The notes beneath the pieces are model-generated. The model did no database searches. It worked only from the letters and a program-made list of their open reading frames with translations, and was not told where the DNA came from. A DNA stretch of 64,000 bases from a virus (Duplodnaviria > Caudoviricetes). Shown here in pieces: positions 21,891 through 30,757 of the stretch. Each line of letters starts with the position of its first letter. The first letter of the stretch is position 1. Made by a program: the position numbers and the translations under genes. The stretch lies in the IMG/VR virus record IMGVR_UViG_3300012979_000004, positions 1-64,000 of that record, one strand, 5' to 3'.

Positions 21891-22335
21891 GCTGTGCTTG
21901 GGGTCTAAAACCCTAAAAACTCTCTCTTATTCTTTCTCTTTATATATTTCTCTTTCTTGTTCTCTCTCAAAAGAAACTAATATATAAATATATACAAGAA
22001 AAGATCTCTCTCTTTCCTTCATGTGTTTTCACATCAAATTAGATCCTCTGACGTGCAAATGATACACAGTCGTGTCCGTCCTCCTTCGTCGGACGTTCAC
22101 TCCTGCCTTTCGGGCGTGTTTGATTCCAACTTAGGTTGTTTTTTGACGTGCAAATGATACTTTTTGTAGCTGTTGCATATTTATATTTTAAACAAAAATA
22201 TGTGCATGTTGATGCATTTGGTGGAGAGAATTCACACCAACGCATTTTACACGCTTCCAGCTCATGAAACAAAACCGAGCACACTTAATATATAGCGTTT
22301 GAAACATTTATTAACAAACTAAATACTTTCAGCTT

Positions 22336-23016
22336 ATGCGTTATCTATTAAAGAACATCACTATTTACGAGAGAACAAACACTCGTGGCAGCTACAAATG
22401 GTTGTATGCAAATCTGTTTAACGATGCAGATATCTTCGCTAACCCAAGTCCACTTCCATCCTATTACATGGTATTACCAGAAATGGTGGAAATGTACACT
22501 CCGTATACCAAATTGGATGCGTCTCGCACAACAACAGACCAAAAGGTATACACAATCGATGAAGCGGCAATAAACACTGCAATCAGCGAAAACAAGATAC
22601 CAGACCTTATGCATATCGACCATGTGTTCGCAATCACACTGCCTCTTCCAAAAACGTATGCAAGAGTACACAAATCAGACAGAATTGAAAACAACATGCT
22701 TGTAGCCAAAGCTGGTGATTTTGTGAAAAATTCACAAGGAGAGATAACACCTGTGAACACTCTTACACTGTACATCAAGAAGCGTTTTGACCCAGAAATC
22801 CAGGACACAACAAAACAATGGGATTGGGTAAGAGCACCAGAAGATGTGATGCGAGACACAATCTCAAGGTCGTACAAAGAGTACAACGTAGCACCAGTAG
22901 CCACAGAAGCAGTACAAGACACAACGCCAGCACCAGAGACTACTTCTGCCCAAACAACGACAGAAGAAGAAATCGAACGAGCTCGTGCAATCCTTGCTGC
23001 AGCAAACAGTAATTAG
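22336..23016 (+). CDS. Early hypothetical protein
   Basis: 226-aa ORF with AT-rich leader. Confidence 0.8.
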   Translation: MRYLLKNITIYERTNTRGSYKWLYANLFNDADIFANPSPLPSYYMVLPEMVEMYTPYTKLDASRTTTDQKVYTIDEAAINTAISENKIPDLMHIDHVFAITLPLPKTYARVHKSDRIENNMLVAKAGDFVKNSQGEITPVNTLTLYIKKRFDPEIQDTTKQWDWVRAPEDVMRDTISRSYKEYNVAPVATEAVQDTTPAPETTSAQTTTEEEIERARAILAAANSN

Positions 23017-23071
23017 TGATAATGGCGTGTACCTCTACAAAGAGGGCACGCCTCTTTTGAAATCAATTCAC

Positions 23072-23272
23072 ATGGACCAAATGATTGAGACAAGAGAATT
23101 ACTTCGTAAGAATCTTATCAATCACAAGAGCAGTGAGAAGAAGGAATATCTCACAGACGAACAGCTTACAAGCATCTTCTCAATCTTCGTCAGATTGACA
23201 GACAGCAGACAGATGCAAACAACAAATTCGTTCAAAACCGTAGACTTAGAAACTGAACTAAATCTCGGCTGA
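23072..23272 (+). CDS. Small hypothetical protein
   Basis: Likely start MDQMIETR. Confidence 0.55.
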   Translation: MDQMIETRELLRKNLINHKSSEKKEYLTDEQLTSIFSIFVRLTDSRQMQTTNSFKTVDLETELNLG

Positions 23273-23317
23273 CAACGAGGTCCTGGGTAAGACTAAAAAC
23301 TGCCCAACTTTCAAATA

Positions 23318-23374
23318 AACTGTCGGGTTCACCAAGACCCCTGATGAGTCGCTGAAAATTGCGACGAAACAGTT
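23318..23374 (+). ncRNA. Type III hammerhead ribozyme 1 (predicted cleavage after GUC, 23324)
   Basis: AACTG-TC / GGGTT..GACCC / CTGATGA / GTCGC..GCGAC / GAAA-CAGTT. Confidence 0.9.
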
Positions 23375-23875
23375 AACATCCGTAGCCAATTATCAAGAAT
23401 TGTCTGTAGTAATAACAGTCAAGTTGTCGGTAAGATAAACTGAAACCGTCTAATTAATCCACTGATAAATAGGTGGACCATTTAAAAACCTCTAAAGAAT
23501 AAACCACTATATTCGTACTATACCCGTTTGTTAGTGGTTTATGTATGCACAAATTCATTATCATTATTATGTCGTACGGTGGTGTAAGTTTGGTCGCTTA
23601 TGCCACTTCTGAGTGACATTAAATTGTACACACATGCAGCAGATCCTAAATTAGCTGCATTGAGGGGCTAAAACAGTTTAGACCGACATTGAAAGACCAA
23701 TGTAAACTGTTGATGCCTGTGTGTACTAGTCTCGATTGCATGACGAAAAAATGAACTTGGTTAGTCATTAGGAGCAATCTAAATGCAATGCTGCGATGTT
23801 GGTCTATACTCAACAACAGCAAAGAAAACACCAAAGGAACGGTTTATGACCGTTCCTATTGGTTGTTTGATACAA

Positions 23876-23930
23876 CCTGTCCTCACGTAGATGTGGGCTG
23901 ATGAGTCTTGGCAGATTAAGACGAAACAGG
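23876..23930 (+). ncRNA. Type III hammerhead ribozyme 2 (predicted cleavage after GUC, 23881)
   Basis: CCTG-TC / CTCAC..GTGGG / CTGATGA / GTCTT..AAGAC / GAAA-CAGG. Confidence 0.9.
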
Positions 23931-24197
23931 ATTAACACTTTATTCATAATAAGAAAAAATTAGGTTTCTATGCACAGTTATAATAAACCCTCAAAAAGCG
24001 TTTTGACTCGGTATATCTGTATATAGAGCCACCAATGTGATTGTTTGTGAAAATAGTCACATTTATTATTAACCAAAAAATTGGTAAAATGTTACATAGC
24101 TGTAAAATTGTGTTGTAAAAATTACACAGCCGGTATAAGTCGTGAGATTACATGCTGGCATTCTTTAGAAAATCAATAAACACCAAATACATAAAAA

Positions 24198-24473
24198 ATG
24201 AAAAAAGAAATTGCAAAAGAAACAAAAATCGTGTTGTCTGGACTAAATCAGTCTGAACTCAACACACTGGCATCATTGTCTGATTCAGTGCGTAAGTGTT
24301 TAGCATCATTTGATACAGAACATCCAATGTATCTTCAAAAAGCTGAATATCAGCTATTAAATGCTGTTTTCTGCGTATTACTTGAAAATACAACCACTGA
24401 ACCAGAATTGAATCGCTTTGAACTTGCTAAATCTGACCTATGCCCACAACAACAAGGTAGATTTGCATATTGA
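24198..24473 (+). CDS. Hypothetical protein
   Basis: 91-aa ORF with A-rich leader. Confidence 0.65.
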   Translation: MKKEIAKETKIVLSGLNQSELNTLASLSDSVRKCLASFDTEHPMYLQKAEYQLLNAVFCVLLENTTTEPELNRFELAKSDLCPQQQGRFAY

Positions 24474-24868
24474 ACAAACGCTTCCGTGTGGGCGTACAAA
24501 AACGCACGAACCAACTCAACTTTTAACCAAACCAAAACATGTGTGCGACAAACAATTAACAAAATGTCTATAGAGTAAACCTTTTCGTCTATTATGTCGC
24601 ACACAGCGCTGAGGTAGTTTACTACCACCGCAGACGGAGCCTTTTGAACGTTGTGTAACAGCAATGTTCTTAAGGCTTTGATTGAACTAAATTCAACACT
24701 ATATGAAACCGTCGTCATTTTTAGTTCTATTTATCTGTCTGGCCCTATTTATAGTGGGCATCGCTCTCATCATTACTCCTATTTTAAACAAGTTTATTTT
24801 AGGGGTATTTACACACTAACGTGAGTGGAAAATCCACTTGTGTATCAAACATTTAATAATCATTAAAC

Positions 24869-25063
24869 ATGAAATTAAGCAAAGAATCTTCAAGACTAAT
24901 TGCTGAGTATCAACGTGCACAAGAAGAAGGCAATATGCCATCTTATCTAAACCCTGAAAAATTAGATGAGACTTTAGGTGCAGTTCGTCGTATATCAACA
25001 TGTGTAGATGAAATATTCGGACAAGTTGTATACAAAATACTCGAGCAAAACAAATTGAACTAG
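24869..25063 (+). CDS. Hypothetical protein; TAG stop
   Basis: 64-aa ORF. Confidence 0.6.
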   Translation: MKLSKESSRLIAEYQRAQEEGNMPSYLNPEKLDETLGAVRRISTCVDEIFGQVVYKILEQNKLN

Positions 25064-25125
25064 ACTAACACAATTACCTATCAAAGGTATTTGTCTTCTT
25101 ATGCTTATATTTCAAAAACAAACCT

Positions 25126-25308
25126 ATGGCAAAATTCATAAAGATAAACAAACAAAAAGAAGGCTGTACGGCCGTAAATGTAGACGCCATTACGTCAATC
25201 TATTTTTACGATGACGAAGAATACGCAACATTGTGTTTAGAAGACGGTATGGAGTTCACAATTGATAACAATGACGAGATAGAAGAACTAAAAAAGCTTG
25301 TATCATGA
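25126..25308 (+). CDS. Hypothetical protein
   Basis: 60-aa ORF coupled to the next gene by ATGA. Confidence 0.65.
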   Translation: MAKFIKINKQKEGCTAVNVDAITSIYFYDDEEYATLCLEDGMEFTIDNNDEIEELKKLVS

Positions 25309-25565
25309 AACAAATGTTATTCAAGACGTTAAAAAGGTTGTTCCAAACAATCTTTCTATCAGTGTGCACAATTGCTATACTGTTGACAATAGCTTTTTCA
25401 TCAATCTTAATCTCTTGTAAAACTGTATCGAAATTAAAGTTATACAAAGATTATTACAATGCTACAGAAGAATTATTGGATTCATTAGAATCTGAATTCA
25501 ACTGGATAGATAGATATGATGGAGAGGCTTTGTACAAATATGAAGATGCAGTAAAAAAGATATGA
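25305..25565 (+). CDS. Membrane-anchored hypothetical protein
   Basis: N-terminal hydrophobic segment. Confidence 0.65.
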   Translation: MKQMLFKTLKRLFQTIFLSVCTIAILLTIAFSSILISCKTVSKLKLYKDYYNATEELLDSLESEFNWIDRYDGEALYKYEDAVKKI

Positions 25566-25736
25566 CAGAAAATGATTATTTCATAGAATGGCATTTAGCA
25601 CTAGTTGCTATATTGGCTGTTGTGTGGTTAATTCTTTACTTTTTAACAAGAAAGTGAGAATTATAAAAATGACGACGATGCTAAGCACAGATAGCAAAAG
25701 GTTCTGTGCAAGTTAAGTTTATCAAAAACAAAAAAC

Positions 25737-26312
25737 ATGAAAAATTACAAAATGGTGTATCGCATCATAGATGATGCAAAAACAATCGAAGAGACTTTTG
25801 AAGCAAAAGACATTAACGATGCCGACAAAGTAGCAGGACGTTTGTTGTCTATGATAAGAAAGGCAACAGACAGAGGCTGTGAAATAGTGGAACTAAGTGA
25901 ACTTTGTAAATCAAAGTTTAACGAATCTACAACACAGGTCAACGAAATGGAAGTAGTTTCATCAGATGTCGTAGGTGTTAGGATTGAAGCAAAAGACAAT
26001 GCGTTGGTATTCTCTATGAATACGGTAGTTCCAAAAACTTGTAACGTTGCAACAGAATTAACAGCACTTACAAATGCAACATGTAGTCAATCTATAGTAA
26101 ACCTAAAGGGTGATGATGAAACTACAGGTGTTGTAAGGCTGGTAAAAGTAACTAAAGTACTGCCAAACAACATGAAATTAGGAGATCTCGTTAACATGAG
26201 AATTGCTATTTCAAACATTTGTGCTGTTTGCGCAGGAAGAATCTTCAACGCAGATTGCGATAAAGTTATTTCAGAAGCGATTAAAGTGTTCAATGCAAAT
26301 GGAAAATACTAA
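25737..26312 (+). CDS. Hypothetical protein
   Basis: 191-aa ORF. Confidence 0.75.
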   Translation: MKNYKMVYRIIDDAKTIEETFEAKDINDADKVAGRLLSMIRKATDRGCEIVELSELCKSKFNESTTQVNEMEVVSSDVVGVRIEAKDNALVFSMNTVVPKTCNVATELTALTNATCSQSIVNLKGDDETTGVVRLVKVTKVLPNNMKLGDLVNMRIAISNICAVCAGRIFNADCDKVISEAIKVFNANGKY

Positions 26313-26517
26313 AATAAAAAACCAGTTGTTTAAACCCAGAGGGCCATATCCAACTGAAGACAAAAAGGTAAGATTGTACTATAAATCTGGAAATAGTACA
26401 ATGCTGCTGTGCAAGAACATCACATCGCTTTATGCGACATCTCTTTGTTTGTTTATAAGAAGTTTTTGTAAAAAACATGGTTCTAAACTAGAAGGAACCT
26501 TTATTCAAACGCGATAG
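26299..26517 (+). CDS. Hypothetical protein; TAG stop
   Basis: Likely start MENTKIK; the TAG is followed 1 nt later by the next ATG. Confidence 0.55.
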   Translation: MENTKIKNQLFKPRGPYPTEDKKVRLYYKSGNSTMLLCKNITSLYATSLCLFIRSFCKKHGSKLEGTFIQTR

Positions 26518-26518
26518 T

Positions 26519-26716
26519 ATGAAACTAAAACCTGGTCAATTGTGCACGATTAATGGGGTTTTATATCGTGCTATGAAGAAGGAGATGTTCATGTCTTGCT
26601 TTGGATGTGCGTTTAACAATGCGTTCTCGTGTCCGAACATCAAATTTACAAATGATGTAAAGAACGAACCGTATATAAACTGTCAACAAAATGATTTCAT
26701 TCTTGTAAAAATATAA
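26519..26716 (+). CDS. Small Cys-containing protein
   Basis: 65-aa ORF with CxxC. Confidence 0.6.
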   Translation: MKLKPGQLCTINGVLYRAMKKEMFMSCFGCAFNNAFSCPNIKFTNDVKNEPYINCQQNDFILVKI

Positions 26717-26720
26717 AATT

Positions 26721-26963
26721 ATGAAACCTGAAGACTGCACTTTACAAGAAGTCATTAGGATAACGTTTGTTAACAATATGACTGTTTATCACAAAGAACG
26801 TTTTGTGGACGCAAGATGGATATGTATATGGTGTAGAATACGAATGTATATCGGACAACCATATAAAAATGTTCCAGAAGATCTAAATGCATATTTCCTC
26901 TCGCCACAACAATATGAGGAATATTGCAAAGCTCTAAACTATTTCAAAGAGGGTGTGTTTTAA
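26721..26963 (+). CDS. Hypothetical protein
   Basis: 80-aa ORF. Confidence 0.6.
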   Translation: MKPEDCTLQEVIRITFVNNMTVYHKERFVDARWICIWCRIRMYIGQPYKNVPEDLNAYFLSPQQYEEYCKALNYFKEGVF

Positions 26964-26976
26964 ACACACTCTCTTA

Positions 26977-27016
26977 TCCTTAATGGCATACACTTAAGTT
27001 CGAGTCTTAAGAAGGA
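26977..27016 (+). ncRNA. Mini tRNA-like element (acceptor stem and T arm only)
   Basis: TCCTT-AATGGCATACA-CTTAAG-TTCGAGT-CTTAAG-AAGGA. Confidence 0.5.
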
Positions 27017-27095
27017 ACGGCGTTATAAAAGCAGTTGAGTGAAAGCCTCAACACGAGTTAATTAACATTTTTATTACATCTTAAATTTATCAAAA

Positions 27096-27611
27096 ATGAA
27101 AAGATTAAAAGATTTTATCACAATGCTTGTACTTAGCACTATTGTACTTGCAACAGGGTTTGTGAGTTCTTGTACTGACTACTGCACTCCAAACAAAAGT
27201 GAAGTAGAAACACAAGTAAAAAATGCCTTGCCTAACGCTTTGTCAGAAGTGTTACCAGACATGCTAGAAGAACTAAGCACACCTAAGTTTTATGATTCGA
27301 TTGATGCCATTGTATACAAAATGGAACGATCGAAACGGGCTGCAGACGATTCTATATTCTTAAGTTTGCCGGATGAAACAATTGCAAACATCTCACATGT
27401 ATTAGTAAATTATCAAAAAACATGTACTGTATCAGATATAGTAAATGAATATACTGAATATAAACACATTTATGATAATTTACCACAAGAGATGTATCGA
27501 ACTTTGAATGAACCGTCAACAATGCCGAAGCAAATACTGCAAGTAGACGATACGTTGAACAAATCTAAATCAGAATCGTATGCAAACAAGGGCGATAGTA
27601 CTGGTCTATAA
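27096..27611 (+). CDS. Putative lipoprotein
   Basis: Signal peptide ending FVSSC. Confidence 0.65.
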   Translation: MKRLKDFITMLVLSTIVLATGFVSSCTDYCTPNKSEVETQVKNALPNALSEVLPDMLEELSTPKFYDSIDAIVYKMERSKRAADDSIFLSLPDETIANISHVLVNYQKTCTVSDIVNEYTEYKHIYDNLPQEMYRTLNEPSTMPKQILQVDDTLNKSKSESYANKGDSTGL

Positions 27612-28032
27612 AGGCAGTGAAATTCAATCAGACGATAAGTATCGTTTGATACAATGTTTAGCAAACGCAAACATTATTACAGACGGTAGTGTGACAACGT
27701 ACACTTTGTCAGAAGAAGATCTTATAAAAGCATCTGTAAAAGAGGTGTTAGACAATAGGCTCAACACAAGCATGAGTGAAAAAGAGATTTTGCAAAAGGC
27801 TGCAAATTTCATAATGACAAAGTATCCTAAAAGTGTACAGAGTAGTGGAGCACACTTGATAGTGCAAATAATATCGGATATTCACAACAACAATGATGAT
27901 GCAGAAATGCTTAAACAGTCCATAATCGCACTATCTGAGTATCCAGACGAGGCATTTATTATCAGCAATAAAATAATGCCGAAAAACGTGTTGACAACTA
28001 TTAAACTTATTTACACCAATCATCTCGTATAG
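27580..28032 (+). CDS. Hypothetical protein; TAG stop
   Basis: 150-aa ORF. Confidence 0.7.
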   Translation: MQTRAIVLVYKGSEIQSDDKYRLIQCLANANIITDGSVTTYTLSEEDLIKASVKEVLDNRLNTSMSEKEILQKAANFIMTKYPKSVQSSGAHLIVQIISDIHNNNDDAEMLKQSIIALSEYPDEAFIISNKIMPKNVLTTIKLIYTNHLV

Positions 28033-28122
28033 TCATGTGTAAAACTTATAGAAAAGAACGAGACTTGTACGAGGGTCAGAAAACAAAAAAAGCTCCATAT
28101 AAAAGACAAAAATACAAATATT

Positions 28123-28311
28123 GTGAATATGAGCGAAATCAAAATCTATAAACGATTGAATGACGGAAATCGAGGATCTCTTTTAACGACGATTAAGTAT
28201 CCAACAAAAGATGCTGCCGACTTAGCAAAACAGTCTTTAATACATCTTTGTAAGAATCAATATCGTTTTAAAAAAGAATGGTCCATGAAAAATGTCATCA
28301 TCGTGGGTTAA
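28123..28311 (+). CDS. Hypothetical protein
   Basis: 62-aa ORF. Confidence 0.5.
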   Translation: MNMSEIKIYKRLNDGNRGSLLTTIKYPTKDAADLAKQSLIHLCKNQYRFKKEWSMKNVIIVG

Positions 28312-28348
28312 TTAACATTTTTATTCATTACCAAAAATTATCAAAATT

Positions 28349-28954
28349 ATGGCAAAAGAAAAGAAAGACGTAGCAGTAGCTACTGAAGTACAGAGCACAT
28401 CTGCAGAAAACATCCGTGAGCAGCTTGACAACGCAAGCATGGGTCGTGTAGAACTTGCAAAAGCAGCACTCGAAAAGATCAGCAAAGATCGTGATGAGAG
28501 AACTCAGAAAGAAATGATGGTACGCTTCCAGAAGGCGCAGTATCGCATCGATCAGGGTTATCTCAACCTTCGCAGAGAGCGCGACATCGCAAAGATTACA
28601 CAGGCTGAACTTGCTCACACAGACCGACTCGCACGTTATCTTATGGGCTTCGAAGTCACCGAAGAAAAGATCAAGCACATCATAAAGACACCAGATGTGA
28701 TCTTCGAAAAGGAAACAGTCGATGAGAAGAACAAGACTGTGACGGTTGTATTGACCGACGGTGAGAAGAAGACATTCAAGGTAGGCGAACAGGTTCCGCC
28801 AATCATCGACTATGTCGATTATGATAGCCTCTATACAAAGATTCGTGATTACACGAGAAAAGAATCCGACAAGATCGAAAAGGAGCACAGCAACTATACT
28901 AAGAAGCTCCAAGCTAAGTATGGAGAGTATTGGAACCATTCTTGGTACTATTAA
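28349..28954 (+). CDS. Hypothetical coiled-coil protein
   Basis: 201-aa ORF with AT-rich leader. Confidence 0.8.
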   Translation: MAKEKKDVAVATEVQSTSAENIREQLDNASMGRVELAKAALEKISKDRDERTQKEMMVRFQKAQYRIDQGYLNLRRERDIAKITQAELAHTDRLARYLMGFEVTEEKIKHIIKTPDVIFEKETVDEKNKTVTVVLTDGEKKTFKVGEQVPPIIDYVDYDSLYTKIRDYTRKESDKIEKEHSNYTKKLQAKYGEYWNHSWYY

Positions 28955-28957
28955 TTT

Positions 28958-29291
28958 AGCGACAGGAAACTATATCTAAAGCGCAGAATCTTAGAATCAG
29001 TCGTTTGTAATGTAAGATAAATCGCATCAGAGGGCATGGGGCCGAGTATCCGAATTTTCTTACAGATAGTTGAATCAACAACATCGGCATCGAGTCACTG
29101 AACCATATGTCGAGGATGTATACTCTCTGATCTCACGGAGTATAAACTATGAGACCATTTGATCAAACCAAAGAAAATATGAGAATCTTAGAATCTGTTT
29201 TGAAATAAATTGAAAAATATTAGATTCAAAACACATGTTTTCATCAAAAATGCGAATACACCTATTACAGAATCTTAGAATCAGCTAATAG
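28958..29291 (+). repeat. Array of hairpins with repeated loop AGAATCTTAGAATC
   Basis: Exact copies at 28985, 29182 and 29269 and a variant GAGTCACTGAACC at 29092, each inside a different stem. Confidence 0.7.
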
Positions 29292-29442
29292 TCACTGTAT
29301 TATTAACAATAGCCAAAAACGCTCTGTATTGCGATATATTTGACGGTATGAAGTAGCTACCACACCAGATAAGAAATCACCACACAGAGCCAAATAAAGG
29401 CTATTTAGAGCATAATCTGATCAATTATGTTTCTATCGAAGT

Positions 29443-29650
29443 TCTAGCTTGTGTGAAATAAACTATTCGGACGAGGGGGCAGTACCCTCGCGGTCCACAA
29501 AGAAAGAATGTAAGATTTTGGGCCGCAAATAGTGTTTGACGGGTAGTGGATATAAACACGTTAAGCTATTACATAAATCTAACTGGCAATTCTTATATTG
29601 CTGACTACACTAAGCTGGCAGCTTAATGGTTCTCTAATTGAGATTTAAGT
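29443..29650 (+). ncRNA. ssrA: Circularly permuted (two-piece) tmRNA; outer ends approximate
   Basis: Acceptor piece first (GAGGG-GGCAGTA-CCCTC-GCGGTCC-A, ends 29497), 22-nt spacer, then coding piece GGGCCGC (29520) giving G3-U70. Tag GGC..GCA GCT TAA at 29585-29626. Confidence 0.88.
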
Positions 29651-29676
29651 CACGTGCTAACTACGAAAGTGAGGAC

Positions 29677-29735
29677 GGAGATAACTAAGTTTAACGTTAA
29701 CTGGAGTTTTGGCGGTTCGAATCCGCCAATCTCCG
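29677..29735 (+). ncRNA. D-armless tRNA-like element directly after the tmRNA
   Basis: GGAGAT...TGGCGG-TTCGAAT-CCGCCA-ATCTCC-G. Confidence 0.6.
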
Positions 29736-29746
29736 CATCTACAAAA

Positions 29747-30217
29747 ATGAAAAAAGGTGGATATAAAGAAATGCTAAGAGATCGCTGTCCAAGGACAGTA
29801 TCTGCAGCACTAATATGGTGTAAAGCAAAACAAAGATGGATAGACCATGTCTACGACAACTTTGTAAGATTCTTAATGTACGATAAAAAAGCTAAAGATC
29901 AACAAGTTAGAACCTTGTTAGGACTTAGTAAAAATAATCGTAACATGGAATTCAACAGCACCATAAATTGGGAAGATCTTTCAAAAGAAGAAAAAGAATA
30001 CTGGGAATCTGTTTCAAAATGGGTAAAATGGTTCGAAAAAAATATAATAATTATTGCAGAATTATACACCCACTATTACATAACAGTTCATGGTAAATTC
30101 AGCAATGATTTTGTAAAAAACCGTATAATAAATACGGCATTTACAAACATTGATAAAAGTCTTCATGAAAAGCTTTATAAATATACAATAGAACACATTA
30201 AAAAATATTATGTATAG
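29747..30217 (+). CDS. Hypothetical protein; TAG stop
   Basis: Likely start MKKGGYKEML after the RNA element. Confidence 0.7.
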   Translation: MKKGGYKEMLRDRCPRTVSAALIWCKAKQRWIDHVYDNFVRFLMYDKKAKDQQVRTLLGLSKNNRNMEFNSTINWEDLSKEEKEYWESVSKWVKWFEKNIIIIAELYTHYYITVHGKFSNDFVKNRIINTAFTNIDKSLHEKLYKYTIEHIKKYYV

Positions 30218-30665
30218 TGTATTTTCCCAACAATTGATTGAACATTGGTGTAATGTGTACAAAGCACAACATCGATGTAAAGACGTACCAACGGAAATCA
30301 TACCATCTATAGAAGAAATATTGATGGAAAAACCAAGCATGATACCATGTGTCATGTATTGTAACGTGATTTCAACTTTAGACTATATTGCGGAAGAAGC
30401 AATTTATACATATTGTACTAAAAGTGAAGTAAGAAAAGTAGGGGAATGGATTCACAAGAATTTAGTAATAGAGATGCCAAACATGAAAAACCGTAAAACG
30501 GTTGATGTTAAGCTTCGAATTGCTGTAGACATGTTGAATAAACTAGAATATAATGGTATAATAACAAAAGATATAAACTTGTTTTACTTTCACAATATAG
30601 TAACAAATCTCTTAGATCTATGGGTATGTATACATTTGGCACAATATGACGAATTACCTTTCTAA
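30210..30665 (+). CDS. Hypothetical protein ending YDELPF
   Basis: 151-aa ORF. Confidence 0.7.
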   Translation: MYSVFSQQLIEHWCNVYKAQHRCKDVPTEIIPSIEEILMEKPSMIPCVMYCNVISTLDYIAEEAIYTYCTKSEVRKVGEWIHKNLVIEMPNMKNRKTVDVKLRIAVDMLNKLEYNGIITKDINLFYFHNIVTNLLDLWVCIHLAQYDELPF

Positions 30666-30672
30666 GAGATAT

Positions 30673-30757
30673 ACCAAGATGTCGGAATTGGTATACGAGA
30701 CAGACTTAAACTCTGTTGGTCATATCGACCGTGTGGGTTCGAGTCCCATTCTTGGTA
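30673..30757 (+). tRNA. tRNA-Leu(UAA)
   Basis: Cloverleaf with long variable arm; anticodon loop CT-TAA-AC. Confidence 0.9.

Larger units (their letters stand above)
21024..22178 (+). promoter_or_regulatory. Four copies of GACGTGCAAA-NNN-TAC-(TNTN-TGTAG-N-TGTTG); candidate early promoters
   Basis: Copies at 21024, 21641, 22050 (partial) and 22145, all upstream of plus-strand ORFs. Confidence 0.6.

Noticed and set aside
23570-23680. Pistol or twister ribozyme within the hammerhead-flanked segment
   Set aside because: Only partial resemblance; the required pseudoknot pairings could not be completed
28328-28939. 203-aa minus-strand ORF and similar antisense ORFs elsewhere
   Set aside because: Antisense shadows of well-supported genes
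28958-29291. CRISPR array
   Set aside because: Repeats are only 14 nt, spacing is irregular (197 and 87 nt between exact copies), and no cas genes are present
29654-29746. N-terminal extension of ORF 29654-30217
   Set aside because: It overlaps the tRNA-like element; the likely start is ATG 29747
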